Notes under the pieces: model-generated | Database searches by the model: none | What the model saw: the letters and a program-made list of their open reading frames with translations, nothing else | What the model was told of the DNA's origin: nothing | Translations under genes and position numbers: made by a program | NCBI GenBank assembly: GCA_030037265.1 | Contig: JASHRQ010000144.1 | Coordinates: 1-45,865 of the forward strand | From: Thermoplasmata archaeon | GTDB taxonomy: Archaea > Thermoplasmatota > Thermoplasmata > Lutacidiplasmatales > UBA184 | Direction: 5' to 3' | DNA: 45,865 nucleotides | Shown here: positions 1-7,760 of the stretch, piece after piece | How the letters are laid out: every line of letters starts with the position of its first letter | How positions within the stretch are numbered: the first letter of the stretch is position 1

Positions 1-332
1 GAGCCACCCGGAAATGCGACCCCGGCAGCCGCCGGCCGGCCCGTCCCCGCTCGGCGAATCGGCGCGTGCCCTCGGCGGAAGCCGCCCCGGAGAGTCGGGG
101 CACGGCGGCTTCGACCCGCGGGGGGCTCAAAAGGTCTGCCGGTCGGCCCGACCGGCCGGAAGGCCCCCAGCCTCAAGACCGACGCGGCGGTGCCGGCTCC
201 GTGCCGCGGCGCAAGTACGGCCGGATGCAGAAGCCGATCCCGCCGGTCCTACCCGAGCGGTGCCGGTACTGTCGGTTGAGGCGTCCGTGCCCCGCGCACG
301 GACGGACCGCAGGATGAACGCCCCGGTCGCGC

Positions 333-1241
333 TCACGGCGTGAGCTCGAACACCTCGCTCTCGGCCAGGGGTGCGAACCCCCGCGCGACGAGCGCCCCGA
401 GCTCCTCGGGCGGCGGCGCGGGGGCGGTGGTCCGCGCCCGCTCGACCCCGAGTCCCTGGAGCCAGCCCAGCGCAGACGCGAGGAGCTCCGACACCGTGTC
501 CGGGATCGCGGCCGGGGAAACCACCCAGGGACCGAGAAACCCCACCCGCTCGTCGCGCCGATGCGTCGCGCCCGCGACGCCGAGCAGCTCGCGCCTCGCG
601 CCGATCACCCACACCGCGCGGTCGAGGTCGATCGCCGGGTCCCGGAAGACCCCGCCCTGAAGGTCCAGGAACGGCACCGGGACCGGCGGCGGGCTCGGCT
701 CCGGGTGCCTCGCCTGGAACAGCTTCTGCGCCGCCGGGAGGTCCGCGCGGCGGAAGGCACGGACCGCGGACGACGCGGCCGGTGCCCGGTCGTTCGCCGT
801 GACTGGCCGGTGGAAGACGAGCCGACGCCAGCGGACCTTGCCGCGCCGGACCGCGATCGCCCGCAGGTCGGCCCGGGCCGTCGGCACGTCCAGGAGGAAG
901 CCCGAGGCCCGACGGATGCGGAACCACTGGGCGACCGAGTCGAACAGCCCTCCCAACGCCCCGGCGTCGACGGCTCCCGGCGCGACCACCGGGACGGCGT
1001 ACCGCTGGTCGGCCTCGGAGCGCGCGTACGCCCAGCCCGTCACCCGGCCCCCGTCGGAGGCGACCCAGGCGGCATCGTCCGGCCCCCGGGAGAACCGCCC
1101 GCGGCCGACGGAGAGCCGGTGCAGGACCCGGTCGACGTCCGAGAGCGACACGGGAGAGGTCTCCCGGTACCACCCGCCCGCGTCGAGCCAGAGCGCCCGC
1201 GCTGCCTCGGCGTCGGCGGCCACGAACGGTCGAACGGCCAC
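333..1241 (-). CDS. Tandem GNAT-fold (acyl-CoA N-acyltransferase-like) protein
   Basis: 302-aa ORF (GTG start in track) with G/C-rich third positions. It has two similar halves. Each opens with a GNAT-style segment ('VRPFVAADAEAARALW' / 'VRAFRRADLPAAQKLF') and closes '...RRGK' / '...ARGFAPL'. It starts 6 nt after the radical SAM stop. Family call by eye only. Confidence 0.5.
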   Translation of the reverse strand: MAVRPFVAADAEAARALWLDAGGWYRETSPVSLSDVDRVLHRLSVGRGRFSRGPDDAAWVASDGGRVTGWAYARSEADQRYAVPVVAPGAVDAGALGGLFDSVAQWFRIRRASGFLLDVPTARADLRAIAVRRGKVRWRRLVFHRPVTANDRAPAASSAVRAFRRADLPAAQKLFQARHPEPSPPPVPVPFLDLQGGVFRDPAIDLDRAVWVIGARRELLGVAGATHRRDERVGFLGPWVVSPAAIPDTVSELLASALGWLQGLGVERARTTAPAPPPEELGALVARGFAPLAESEVFELTP

Positions 1242-1247
1242 GGCGGC

Positions 1248-2771
1248 TCACGCCACCGGCGGAGCGCCGGGAGGAGGCGGGGAGAGCATCGGGAGCGCGA
1301 CGGCCGGGGCGCCGTCCGGGAGCCGGACGAGCGCGCCGCCGCGACCCAGGAGGAGCGGGCGGGCGACCCGGGCATCGATCTCGTCCACGGCGCGCGACAG
1401 CCGGTCCAGCACGTCGGCGGAGAGCTTCCGCCGGAGCCGCGCGAGCCGGGACTCCCAGCCGAACCGGAACTGCTCCCACCGGTAGAGCGGCTCGGGGTAC
1501 GCGGCTTCGTACAGCAGCGAACGGCCCCCGGCGCGCCCCGTGGAGCGCGGCCGGCCGCGGAGCCGGTCGCGCACCGACTCGTAGAACCGGGTACCCGGCA
1601 CGGGGACGGCGATCGAGACCGAGTACTCCTCGGGCGAGAACCGGCGGAACAGCTGGAGGGTCGCCTCGATGTCGTCGAGCGTCTCGCCGGGGTAGCCCAG
1701 CATGAGGAACCAGAACTGCCGGACGTCGTGCGCCCGCAGGCTCGCGGCGACCCGCTCCACCTGCGCGAGCCGGGTGCCGCGGTTCATCAGGTCGAGCATC
1801 TTCTGGCTCCCGGACTCGACACCCAGGTACACCCGCTCGAGCCCGGCCGCGCGCATCCGGTTCAGCAGGTCCGGCTTGAGGAGGTCGACCCGGGCCAGGC
1901 ATTCGAACCGGACCCGGGGGCCCTCCGCGACCATTCGGTCGAGCAGCTCCTCGATCCAGGGCCGGTAGATCCCGAACACGTCGTCGCAGAACCGGATGTA
2001 ATCGACGCGGTACCGGTCGACGAGCGCGCGCAGCTCGGCCAGCACGCGCCCCGGCGACTGCTGGCGGAACGTCCGGCCGAAGGTCGGCTTGGAGCACCAC
2101 GAGCAGTCGAACGGACACCCCCGGGACGTTAGCAGGGCGGCCCGCCGTTCGCCGGTCTTCCGCTGCCACGCCCCCAGATACGCCTCCATGTCGATGAGGT
2201 CCCAGGCCGGCAGCGGCAGTTCGTCCAGGTTCCGGAGGAACGGACGGGGCGGCCCGCGGACCGTGCGGCGTCCGACGCGGGCCACGGTCCCGGGCACGCC
2301 GCCGAACGGCTTCCCGTCGCGGGCCCGAGTGGCCACCTCCACGATCGTCGTCTCGCCCTCGCCGGGCACCACGACGTCGAACCCTCCGTCCAGGTAGCCG
2401 TCCGCGCGCGTCGCGGCGTCGGGCCCCCCCGCGACCGCGACGGCGTCCGCTGACCGCGCGAGCGCGGCCACCTCGAGCGCCCGCGGCAGCGTGAGCGTCT
2501 TCGTGTGGACCCCGACCAGGTCGGGGTGGAACCGCTCGATCCGGCGCGCGACCGGCCCGGTGTCCCGGGCGAAGGTGAGGTCGACGATCTCGACCTCGGT
2601 CCCGTGTCCCCGAAGCCACGCCGCGAGCGTGAGGAGGCCGAGCGACGGGTACAGCTCGACGAACTTGCGCTCCATCGGGTCCTCGCGCGCGACGTACGGG
2701 TCGACCAGCAGCACGCGGGGGGCGACGCCGTCTCCGCCCCGGCGACCGGACGCGGGGGTCGGCTCAGCCAC
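1248..2771 (-). CDS. Cobalamin-binding-domain (class B) radical SAM enzyme, substrate unknown
   Basis: 507-aa ORF. N-terminal B12-binding-type segment 'RVLLVDPYV...LGLLTLAAWLRGHGTEVEIVDL'. Radical SAM cluster motif 'SRGCPFDCSWCSKP' (CxxxCxxC). Core 'GVESGSQKMLDLMNRG'. Start is either GTG 2771 (8-nt overlap with the ferredoxin gene) or GTG 2714. Confidence 0.85.
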   Translation of the reverse strand: MAEPTPASGRRGGDGVAPRVLLVDPYVAREDPMERKFVELYPSLGLLTLAAWLRGHGTEVEIVDLTFARDTGPVARRIERFHPDLVGVHTKTLTLPRALEVAALARSADAVAVAGGPDAATRADGYLDGGFDVVVPGEGETTIVEVATRARDGKPFGGVPGTVARVGRRTVRGPPRPFLRNLDELPLPAWDLIDMEAYLGAWQRKTGERRAALLTSRGCPFDCSWCSKPTFGRTFRQQSPGRVLAELRALVDRYRVDYIRFCDDVFGIYRPWIEELLDRMVAEGPRVRFECLARVDLLKPDLLNRMRAAGLERVYLGVESGSQKMLDLMNRGTRLAQVERVAASLRAHDVRQFWFLMLGYPGETLDDIEATLQLFRRFSPEEYSVSIAVPVPGTRFYESVRDRLRGRPRSTGRAGGRSLLYEAAYPEPLYRWEQFRFGWESRLARLRRKLSADVLDRLSRAVDEIDARVARPLLLGRGGALVRLPDGAPAVALPMLSPPPPGAPPVA

Positions 2772-2979
2772 GGAGCGCCCTCCGCCGGGGAAGCGGCCGG
2801 CCGCCGCGCAGCGCCCCGACGGGGCAGTACGGGACGCACCAGCCGCACCGCGTGCAGTTCGACAGCACCCGAAGACGGTCCGCGCGGAGCTCGAGGGCGT
2901 TCGGCGGACAGACCGCGAGGCAGAGGCCGCAGGCGACGCAGACGTCCGGGTCGACCGTCACGGGGGGCGGCTCCGGCAC
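2764..2979 (-). CDS. 2x[4Fe-4S] ferredoxin
   Basis: 71 aa with two CxxCxxCxxxCP motifs: 'CVACGLCLAVCP' and 'CTRCGWCVPYCP'. Lies 4 nt downstream of the sufU stop and overlaps the radical SAM start. Confidence 0.8.
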   Translation of the reverse strand: MPEPPPVTVDPDVCVACGLCLAVCPPNALELRADRLRVLSNCTRCGWCVPYCPVGALRGGRPLPRRRALRG

Positions 2980-2983
2980 GGAC

Positions 2984-3385
2984 CTACGCCCCGGCGCTCC
3001 CGGGCGACGGCCCGTCCGGATGGAGCGCCTTCCCCAGCGCCGTGAACCCCGTGAGCGCGCACTTGAGCCGAACGGGGGAGAGCGGAATCCCGAGCATCTG
3101 GAGGACGTCGTCCCGGGAGAGCTTCGCGACCTCCGCGACCGGCTGCCCGGCGAGCTTCTGGGTGAGCATCGACGCGCTGGCCATCGAGATCGCGCAGCCG
3201 TCGCCGGAGAACCGCACCTCCTCGACGAGGGCGCGGCCGGGGTCGAGCCTCAGGTCGATCCGGATATGGTCGCCGCAGAGCGGGTTGCTCTCCTCGCCCG
3301 TGAGGTCGGGGTGGGCGAGCTCCCCGAAGTTCTTCGGGTGGCGGTAATGCTGGAGAATCCGCTCCTGGTACATGTCGTAGGCCAT
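2984..3385 (-). CDS. sufU: SufU/NifU-N-type Fe-S cluster scaffold / sulfur acceptor
   Basis: 133 aa. ATG preceded by GGAGGT about 6 nt upstream. Three ligand Cys sit in family context: 'NPLCGDHI', 'GDGCAISMASASM', 'RLKCALTG'. No LPPVK motif, so SufU type rather than IscU type. Confidence 0.8.
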   Translation of the reverse strand: MAYDMYQERILQHYRHPKNFGELAHPDLTGEESNPLCGDHIRIDLRLDPGRALVEEVRFSGDGCAISMASASMLTQKLAGQPVAEVAKLSRDDVLQMLGIPLSPVRLKCALTGFTALGKALHPDGPSPGSAGA

Positions 3386-3429
3386 CGTCGACCTCCGCCG
3401 GAACGGACGAGGTAAGGGACGCCGGGAAA

Positions 3430-3439
3430 CTTATAAAAG
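3430..3439 (-). promoter_or_regulatory. TATA-like box upstream of the sufU operon
   Basis: Minus-strand 'CTTTTATAAG' in GC-rich surroundings, about 50 nt upstream of the sufU ATG. This implies a roughly 20-nt leader carrying the GGAGGT site. Confidence 0.45.
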
Positions 3440-3464
3440 GCGACCGACGCGCGGGCGACTGGCC

Positions 3465-4526
3465 CTACGCGCGCCCCCGGGCCGGGGCCCGGGTCGGCTC
3501 CAAGAGGCGGTCGTACCGGTGGTCGACCACCCGGGCGAGCGACGCGATCCGGTCGGACTCGACCTCGATCTGCCGGAGGTGCTCCTCGATGGTGCCGAGC
3601 ACCGACGCCCGAGGGCCGTTGCCGCCGGACGGGGGCTCCGCCTGACCGACCGTGCCCAGGATCGCCCGTCGACCGTCGTGCGCGAACAGGAACGGATAGA
3701 CCTGACAGCGCTCCGTCAGCGCGCGCAGCAGCTCGGCCGGACGGGCCGGAGGGATGAACTCGCCGTGCAGGAACACCACCTGGTCCGCCCGCCGGTCGCG
3801 GTAGGCGGGCAGGACCGCGAAGTCCGGGAGCGCCCGATGGAGCACCCAGCCGTCCGAGAGGAGCCGTCGCTCCGGGCGGGTGAGCCCGAGGAGGCCCAGG
3901 TAGTGGCCCGAGCGTCCCTCGAGCTCCGCGACGATCGGGCGGAGGACCAGGTCGTGGGCGGCCCGCCGCAGTCCCGGGGACGCGTCGCCCGTGGGAGTGC
4001 GGGCGCCCGGAGGGAACGGCGGCGCGAGCGGCCGAGGGTACGCGGTGATCCCGGACAGCCCCGCCAGATGGGACCAGACCCCCTCGTAGTCGAAGTACAA
4101 CGGCACCGCCTCGGGCGTCGTCCCCGTCGTGAGGACGAAGGCGCCCGGCCGGGTCGGGTCGTCGTTGAGCCCCGCGGCGGTCCGCGCCGCCTCCGCGCCC
4201 GACCGGTGGAGGAAGATGCCGAACAGGAGCTGGGAACTCGCCCAGAGCACGACGTTGGAGTCGAGCCGGCTCCATCGCTCCATGAGCGGGGTCGCGCGGT
4301 CGGCGTACGGCCGGGCCACCGCGACCGTGATCGCACCGAAGCCGAAGCACCCGGGGTGCGGCACGAACCGGACCCGGAGCCACCCCTCCTCGTACGCGCG
4401 GCGCCGGACGGCATGATACGTCGAGCGCGGGAGCCGGGTCTCCTCCAGGAGCTCGTGCTCGCCTTCCGCGGGACGCGCGACGAGGGCCCGGATGAGCCTC
4501 GCCTCCGCGTCGGTGAGTGCGCGCAA
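3465..4526 (-). CDS. Hypothetical protein with internally duplicated HTH-like plus alpha/beta module
   Basis: 353-aa ORF (TTG start in track; true start uncertain). N-terminal HTH-like 'LTDAEARLIRALVARPAEGEHELLEETRLPRSTYHAVRRRAYEEGWL'. The second half repeats the pattern: 'LVLRPIVAELEGRSGHYLGLLGLTRPERRLLSDGWVL'. No family recognised. Confidence 0.55.
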   Translation of the reverse strand: MRALTDAEARLIRALVARPAEGEHELLEETRLPRSTYHAVRRRAYEEGWLRVRFVPHPGCFGFGAITVAVARPYADRATPLMERWSRLDSNVVLWASSQLLFGIFLHRSGAEAARTAAGLNDDPTRPGAFVLTTGTTPEAVPLYFDYEGVWSHLAGLSGITAYPRPLAPPFPPGARTPTGDASPGLRRAAHDLVLRPIVAELEGRSGHYLGLLGLTRPERRLLSDGWVLHRALPDFAVLPAYRDRRADQVVFLHGEFIPPARPAELLRALTERCQVYPFLFAHDGRRAILGTVGQAEPPSGGNGPRASVLGTIEEHLRQIEVESDRIASLARVVDHRYDRLLEPTRAPARGRA

Positions 4527-4660
4527 CTCCTCGCTCTCCGACCGACCGGGACCGAGTCCAGCCTACCGGCGCCGGCGTTGGACATCTCTTGATGTAAGCC
4601 TGTCGGCCGTTACCGGCAGCGGACGCCCCCGCGGGGCGCCCCGAGGAGGCCCGACCGACC

Positions 4661-6124
4661 ATGCACGCACCGGACCGAGCATCCGCCCGACGCCGATCGC
4701 TCCCGCTCGTGGCCGCCGTCGTGGCCGTCGCGGCGACGATGACGATGCTGTTCGCACTGCCCGCCGTCGCCGGGGTCGGGGGCGCCACACCGGCCGGCCT
4801 GTCGGCCCAGACCTACACGGCGAACGGGAACGTCCAGACCTGGGCGTTCGGCGGCACCCGCACGGTCAACTCGAACCTCACGGTCACGAACTCGACCGGT
4901 GCCGGGTTCGAGCTCACCTATCACGCCTATTACGGCTGGACCGAGGTGCTCACGCAGACCAACAGCACCACGAACGCCTCGATCTTCCAGCTCGAAGCCC
5001 AGCGCGACGCGCTCACCATCCTGTACATCGACTTCAAGGTGTGCGCCACGTCGTGCGCGACTCCGACCAGCCAGGGGAACTTCTCTGCCCAGGCGACGGC
5101 CGCCGCGACGGCGTTCGGCAACTTCACCCGGAACGGCACCGTGACCGTCCAGGGCCAGGCCGTCCCGGCGGTCGGGATCCTGAACGCGTCGGGCAGCCGG
5201 CAGGAGAACCTGTCGGCCCGGCTCGTCCTCACCGACGCCCTTGGCAACTCCCGCGGCTGGTCGCTCGTCGTCGGCTCGTACGCCGAGGCGGCGGTGTCGC
5301 TCTCGCCGGAGCTGGGGCTGATCCCGTACAACCTCACCCCGGGCGAGCACTGGTCCAGCACGTCGACCTACGTGCTCACCGGCAGCTCGGCCGTGACGGC
5401 GAACCTCACCGGTCCGGCCGGCCGCAGCAGCGTCTGGACCGGCGGCGGCACGCTCGACAGCACCGGCACGGTCATCGTCGTCGGGGCGTACACCGCGAAC
5501 CTGAACCTGAAGGACGGGGCGCACACCCGGATCGTCGTGTTCTCGCTCACGGGACCGTTCGACCTCGATGACGGGGTCATGCTGGTCCCGAACGCGGGCG
5601 ACGTGCTGAGCGGCGCCTCGCTCGGAGCTGGCGCCCCCGGGCTCGGCATGGGTCCGACGGCGGCCACCTCGGCGGTCGACTACGACCCGTCGGCCGGTCA
5701 CTTCGGCGTGGACGCGGCGGCGACCTCCTACGGGCCCGCGGTCGCGGGCGCGGGCGCCACCGCGGGCATCGGCCCGGACGCGGTTCCGGCCTCCGCCTCT
5801 CCGACGGTCCAGGGTCAGCCGATGGCGCCGAAGGCCGCCGAGGAGCTCGGCTCGAGCCTCGTGCACGGCCACGCCGTCACCTACCCCGCGACCGGCTCGC
5901 TCCCGTGGAGGGCGATCGTCGTGGTCGGCGCCATCGCGGGAATCGCCGTGCTCGCGATCGCGCTGGTGACGACGGGCGCGGGCCGGCGCCCGCGAACTCC
6001 CCCGGCCGCGCAGTACCCGCCCGCCACGGCCCCCCCGGTCCCTCCGGGAGCCGCGGGCACCCCCGCTCCACCGCCGGCGAACCCGCCGCCGCAGCCGTCG
6101 GACCCGCTCCGGAACCTGTGGTGA
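4661..6124 (+). CDS. Type I membrane-anchored surface (glyco)protein
   Basis: 487 aa. N-terminal 'RRRSLPLVAAVVAVAATMTMLFALPAVAG' signal (Tat-like RR). Thr/Ser/Gly/Ala-rich ectodomain with about 11 N-x-S/T sequons. C-terminal TM 'AIVVVGAIAGIAVLAIALVTT', then the Pro-rich tail '...PPATAPPVPPGAAGTPAPPPANPPPQPS'. Confidence 0.75.
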   Translation: MHAPDRASARRRSLPLVAAVVAVAATMTMLFALPAVAGVGGATPAGLSAQTYTANGNVQTWAFGGTRTVNSNLTVTNSTGAGFELTYHAYYGWTEVLTQTNSTTNASIFQLEAQRDALTILYIDFKVCATSCATPTSQGNFSAQATAAATAFGNFTRNGTVTVQGQAVPAVGILNASGSRQENLSARLVLTDALGNSRGWSLVVGSYAEAAVSLSPELGLIPYNLTPGEHWSSTSTYVLTGSSAVTANLTGPAGRSSVWTGGGTLDSTGTVIVVGAYTANLNLKDGAHTRIVVFSLTGPFDLDDGVMLVPNAGDVLSGASLGAGAPGLGMGPTAATSAVDYDPSAGHFGVDAAATSYGPAVAGAGATAGIGPDAVPASASPTVQGQPMAPKAAEELGSSLVHGHAVTYPATGSLPWRAIVVVGAIAGIAVLAIALVTTGAGRRPRTPPAAQYPPATAPPVPPGAAGTPAPPPANPPPQPSDPLRNLW

Positions 6125-6202
6125 AGGACGGTCGACAGCGAATCGAACCGGACGTTGAACGACGGGGGTGGCCTGTCCCCCGGGCTACCCCCGATAACCC
6201 CT

Positions 6203-6222
6203 TCCCGAACCTCTTTTTTCGG
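6203..6222 (+). terminator. Hairpin with T6 run downstream of the surface protein gene
   Basis: 'CCCGAA-cctctttt-TTCGGG': 6-bp stem with TTTTTT at about 6213-6218, roughly 80-95 nt after the stop at 6124. Oligo-T is the usual archaeal termination signal. Confidence 0.4.
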
Positions 6223-6252
6223 GGCTGGCGGAGGAATCCTTCCCGGCCGCCG

Positions 6253-6287
6253 CACACGCTATAAACACGAATCCGTGTGTAAATTCG
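6253..6287 (+). promoter_or_regulatory. sufD promoter (TATA box, leaderless spacing) with candidate operator
   Basis: 'CACACGC-TATAAAC' (6253-6266) is centred about 26 nt before ATG 6288. The inverted repeat ACACG-N4-CGTGT (6265-6278) lies between the TATA box and the start. Confidence 0.5.
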
Positions 6288-7688
6288 ATGGAGAGCGGCG
6301 GGGCGGGTTTTGACCGCTGGTTCGAGCCGTCCCAGGTCGAGGAGCTGTCGCACGGTCTCGGCGAGCCGGCGGCGGAGACCCGGCTCCGGCAGGACGCCCT
6401 CCAGTCGTTCCGCGAGCTGCCGTTCGAGCCCAGCCCGCTGTACCGCAAGTACGTCTACCTCTCCGGCGTGAACCTCTCCGCGGCGAGCCCGCTCGTGCGG
6501 GGCCCGCCGGTGGGGCTCCCCGCCGGGACCCCGACGGTCCTGCGGGTGGTCCACGACGCCTCGGGGACCCGGGTCGAGCTGCCGGAGGAGCTCCGCGCCG
6601 CCGGAGTGACCGCCGAGGCGCTCCCCGCGGTCGCCGGCTCGCTCGACGGCCGGTACGCGGGGTTCCTGGAGGGACTCGACCCGAAGGGGCCCCGGTCCGA
6701 CAAGCTCGAGGCGCTCTCCGTGGCGCTGATGAACCGGGGGGTGGACCTCACGGTGCCGGACGACTGCCCGGTCCCCGTCCACGTGCAGGACCTGACGGTG
6801 TTCTCGCGGCCGAACGAGATCCTCTCGGTGCGCCGCCGGATCCGCGCCGGACGGCACGCCCAGGTCGTCGCGAGCGAGGAGGTGTACAGCACGCCGGCCG
6901 AAGGGGGCCAGCGGTTCTACGGCTCGCTCGCCTCGGTGCAGACCGGCGACGAGGCGCGCGTCGCGTACCTCACGGTGCACGCGCCGGACGCCCGGCTGTT
7001 CTCGGCCTACTCCCGCCACGCCGTCACCGGTCGCGCGACGCAGCTCGCGTGGGTCTGGGCGGGACTGGGCGGGTTCCGGACCCGCAGCCGCAACTTCTCG
7101 GACGTCGCGGGCAACGGCGGCGACGTCGCGGACCTCCAGGCGTTCTACGGGGACGGCCAGCAGTCGTTCGACAGCTACGTCCAGATCACCCACCAGGGGA
7201 CCGACACGCACGGCCAGTCGATCACGCGCGGGATCTTCCGGGACGAGGCGCGCGGCGTGAGCCGCGGGCTGGCCCGCATCGAGAAGGAGGCGCGGAAGAC
7301 GGTGAGCTACCTCTCCGAGCACGCGATGCTGCTGTCGCGCCAGGCACGCTCCGACACGATCCCGGTGCTCGAGATCCTCTGCCGGGACGTGAAGGCGACG
7401 CACTCGTCCTCCGTCGCGCCGGTCGACCCGGAGCGGGTGTTCTACCTCGAGTCGCGCGGCATCCCCGCGCCGGACGCCGTGCGCATGATCAGCGAAGGGT
7501 TCCTCGGCTACGTTCTCGACCGGGCGCCGATCGCCGACCTCGCGGGCCGGCTCGCCCCGCACCTCGCCGCCCGGTGGGAGCGCCGGCCGATCGTCTGGGC
7601 GGACGGGGCCTACCCGGTTCTCGCGCCGCTCGAGGTCCTGGGGGCCGAGGGCGCCAAGGAGTGGCGGTTCGACACGAAGCTGCGCTGA
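6288..7688 (+). CDS. sufD: Fe-S cluster assembly protein SufD
   Basis: 466 aa. SufB/SufD-family C-terminal beta-helix region: '...VQITHQGTDTHGQSITRGIF...RIEKEARKTVSYLSEHAMLLS...ATHSSSVAPVDPERVFYLESRGIPAPDAVRMISEGFL'. It lacks the SufB-specific N-terminal features seen in the neighbouring sufB. Confidence 0.85.
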   Translation: MESGGAGFDRWFEPSQVEELSHGLGEPAAETRLRQDALQSFRELPFEPSPLYRKYVYLSGVNLSAASPLVRGPPVGLPAGTPTVLRVVHDASGTRVELPEELRAAGVTAEALPAVAGSLDGRYAGFLEGLDPKGPRSDKLEALSVALMNRGVDLTVPDDCPVPVHVQDLTVFSRPNEILSVRRRIRAGRHAQVVASEEVYSTPAEGGQRFYGSLASVQTGDEARVAYLTVHAPDARLFSAYSRHAVTGRATQLAWVWAGLGGFRTRSRNFSDVAGNGGDVADLQAFYGDGQQSFDSYVQITHQGTDTHGQSITRGIFRDEARGVSRGLARIEKEARKTVSYLSEHAMLLSRQARSDTIPVLEILCRDVKATHSSSVAPVDPERVFYLESRGIPAPDAVRMISEGFLGYVLDRAPIADLAGRLAPHLAARWERRPIVWADGAYPVLAPLEVLGAEGAKEWRFDTKLR

Positions 7689-7760
7689 CGCGCACCGACC
7701 GGCCCGCGCGGGGACGCCGGGCGCGGCCCCGGTGAGCGGGGGGCGCGGAGGCGGCCGGCC

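Noticed and set aside
60-240. Possible SRP (7S) RNA or RNase P RNA. The evidence was the GGAA tetraloops, 'GGAGAGTCGGGGC' resembling CR-I 'GGAAAGUCCGGGC', and 'GCAGAAGCCGAT' resembling 'ACAGAACCCGGCUUA'.
   Set aside because: The helix-8 'GGGAGCA' motif of SRP RNA is absent. The universally conserved A residues of RNase P CR-I are substituted. The spacing between the CR-I-like and CR-V-like elements (about 135 nt) is far too short. Chance matches are likely in GC-rich DNA.
127-336. 70-codon ORF whose GTG overlaps the GNAT stop (GTGA), suggesting a fifth operon gene.
   Set aside because: Many codons end in A/T (gta, gga, gct, tct, gca, cgt, act, ctt, ttt), unlike real genes here. The composition is low-complexity.
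127-2619. 830-aa ORF on the minus strand, the longest ORF in this region.
   Set aside because: Its composition is extreme Arg/Gly/Pro/Ala with no motifs. It is an out-of-frame shadow of the radical SAM and GNAT genes, which have clear family motifs. This is a typical high-GC artefact.
6135-6215. tRNA on the minus strand, suggested by a T-loop-like 'GGTTCGATTC' (reverse complement of about 6141-6150).
   Set aside because: The flanking bases do not form a T stem, and no acceptor or anticodon arms can be drawn. No other tRNA-like T-loop was seen in the intergenic regions.
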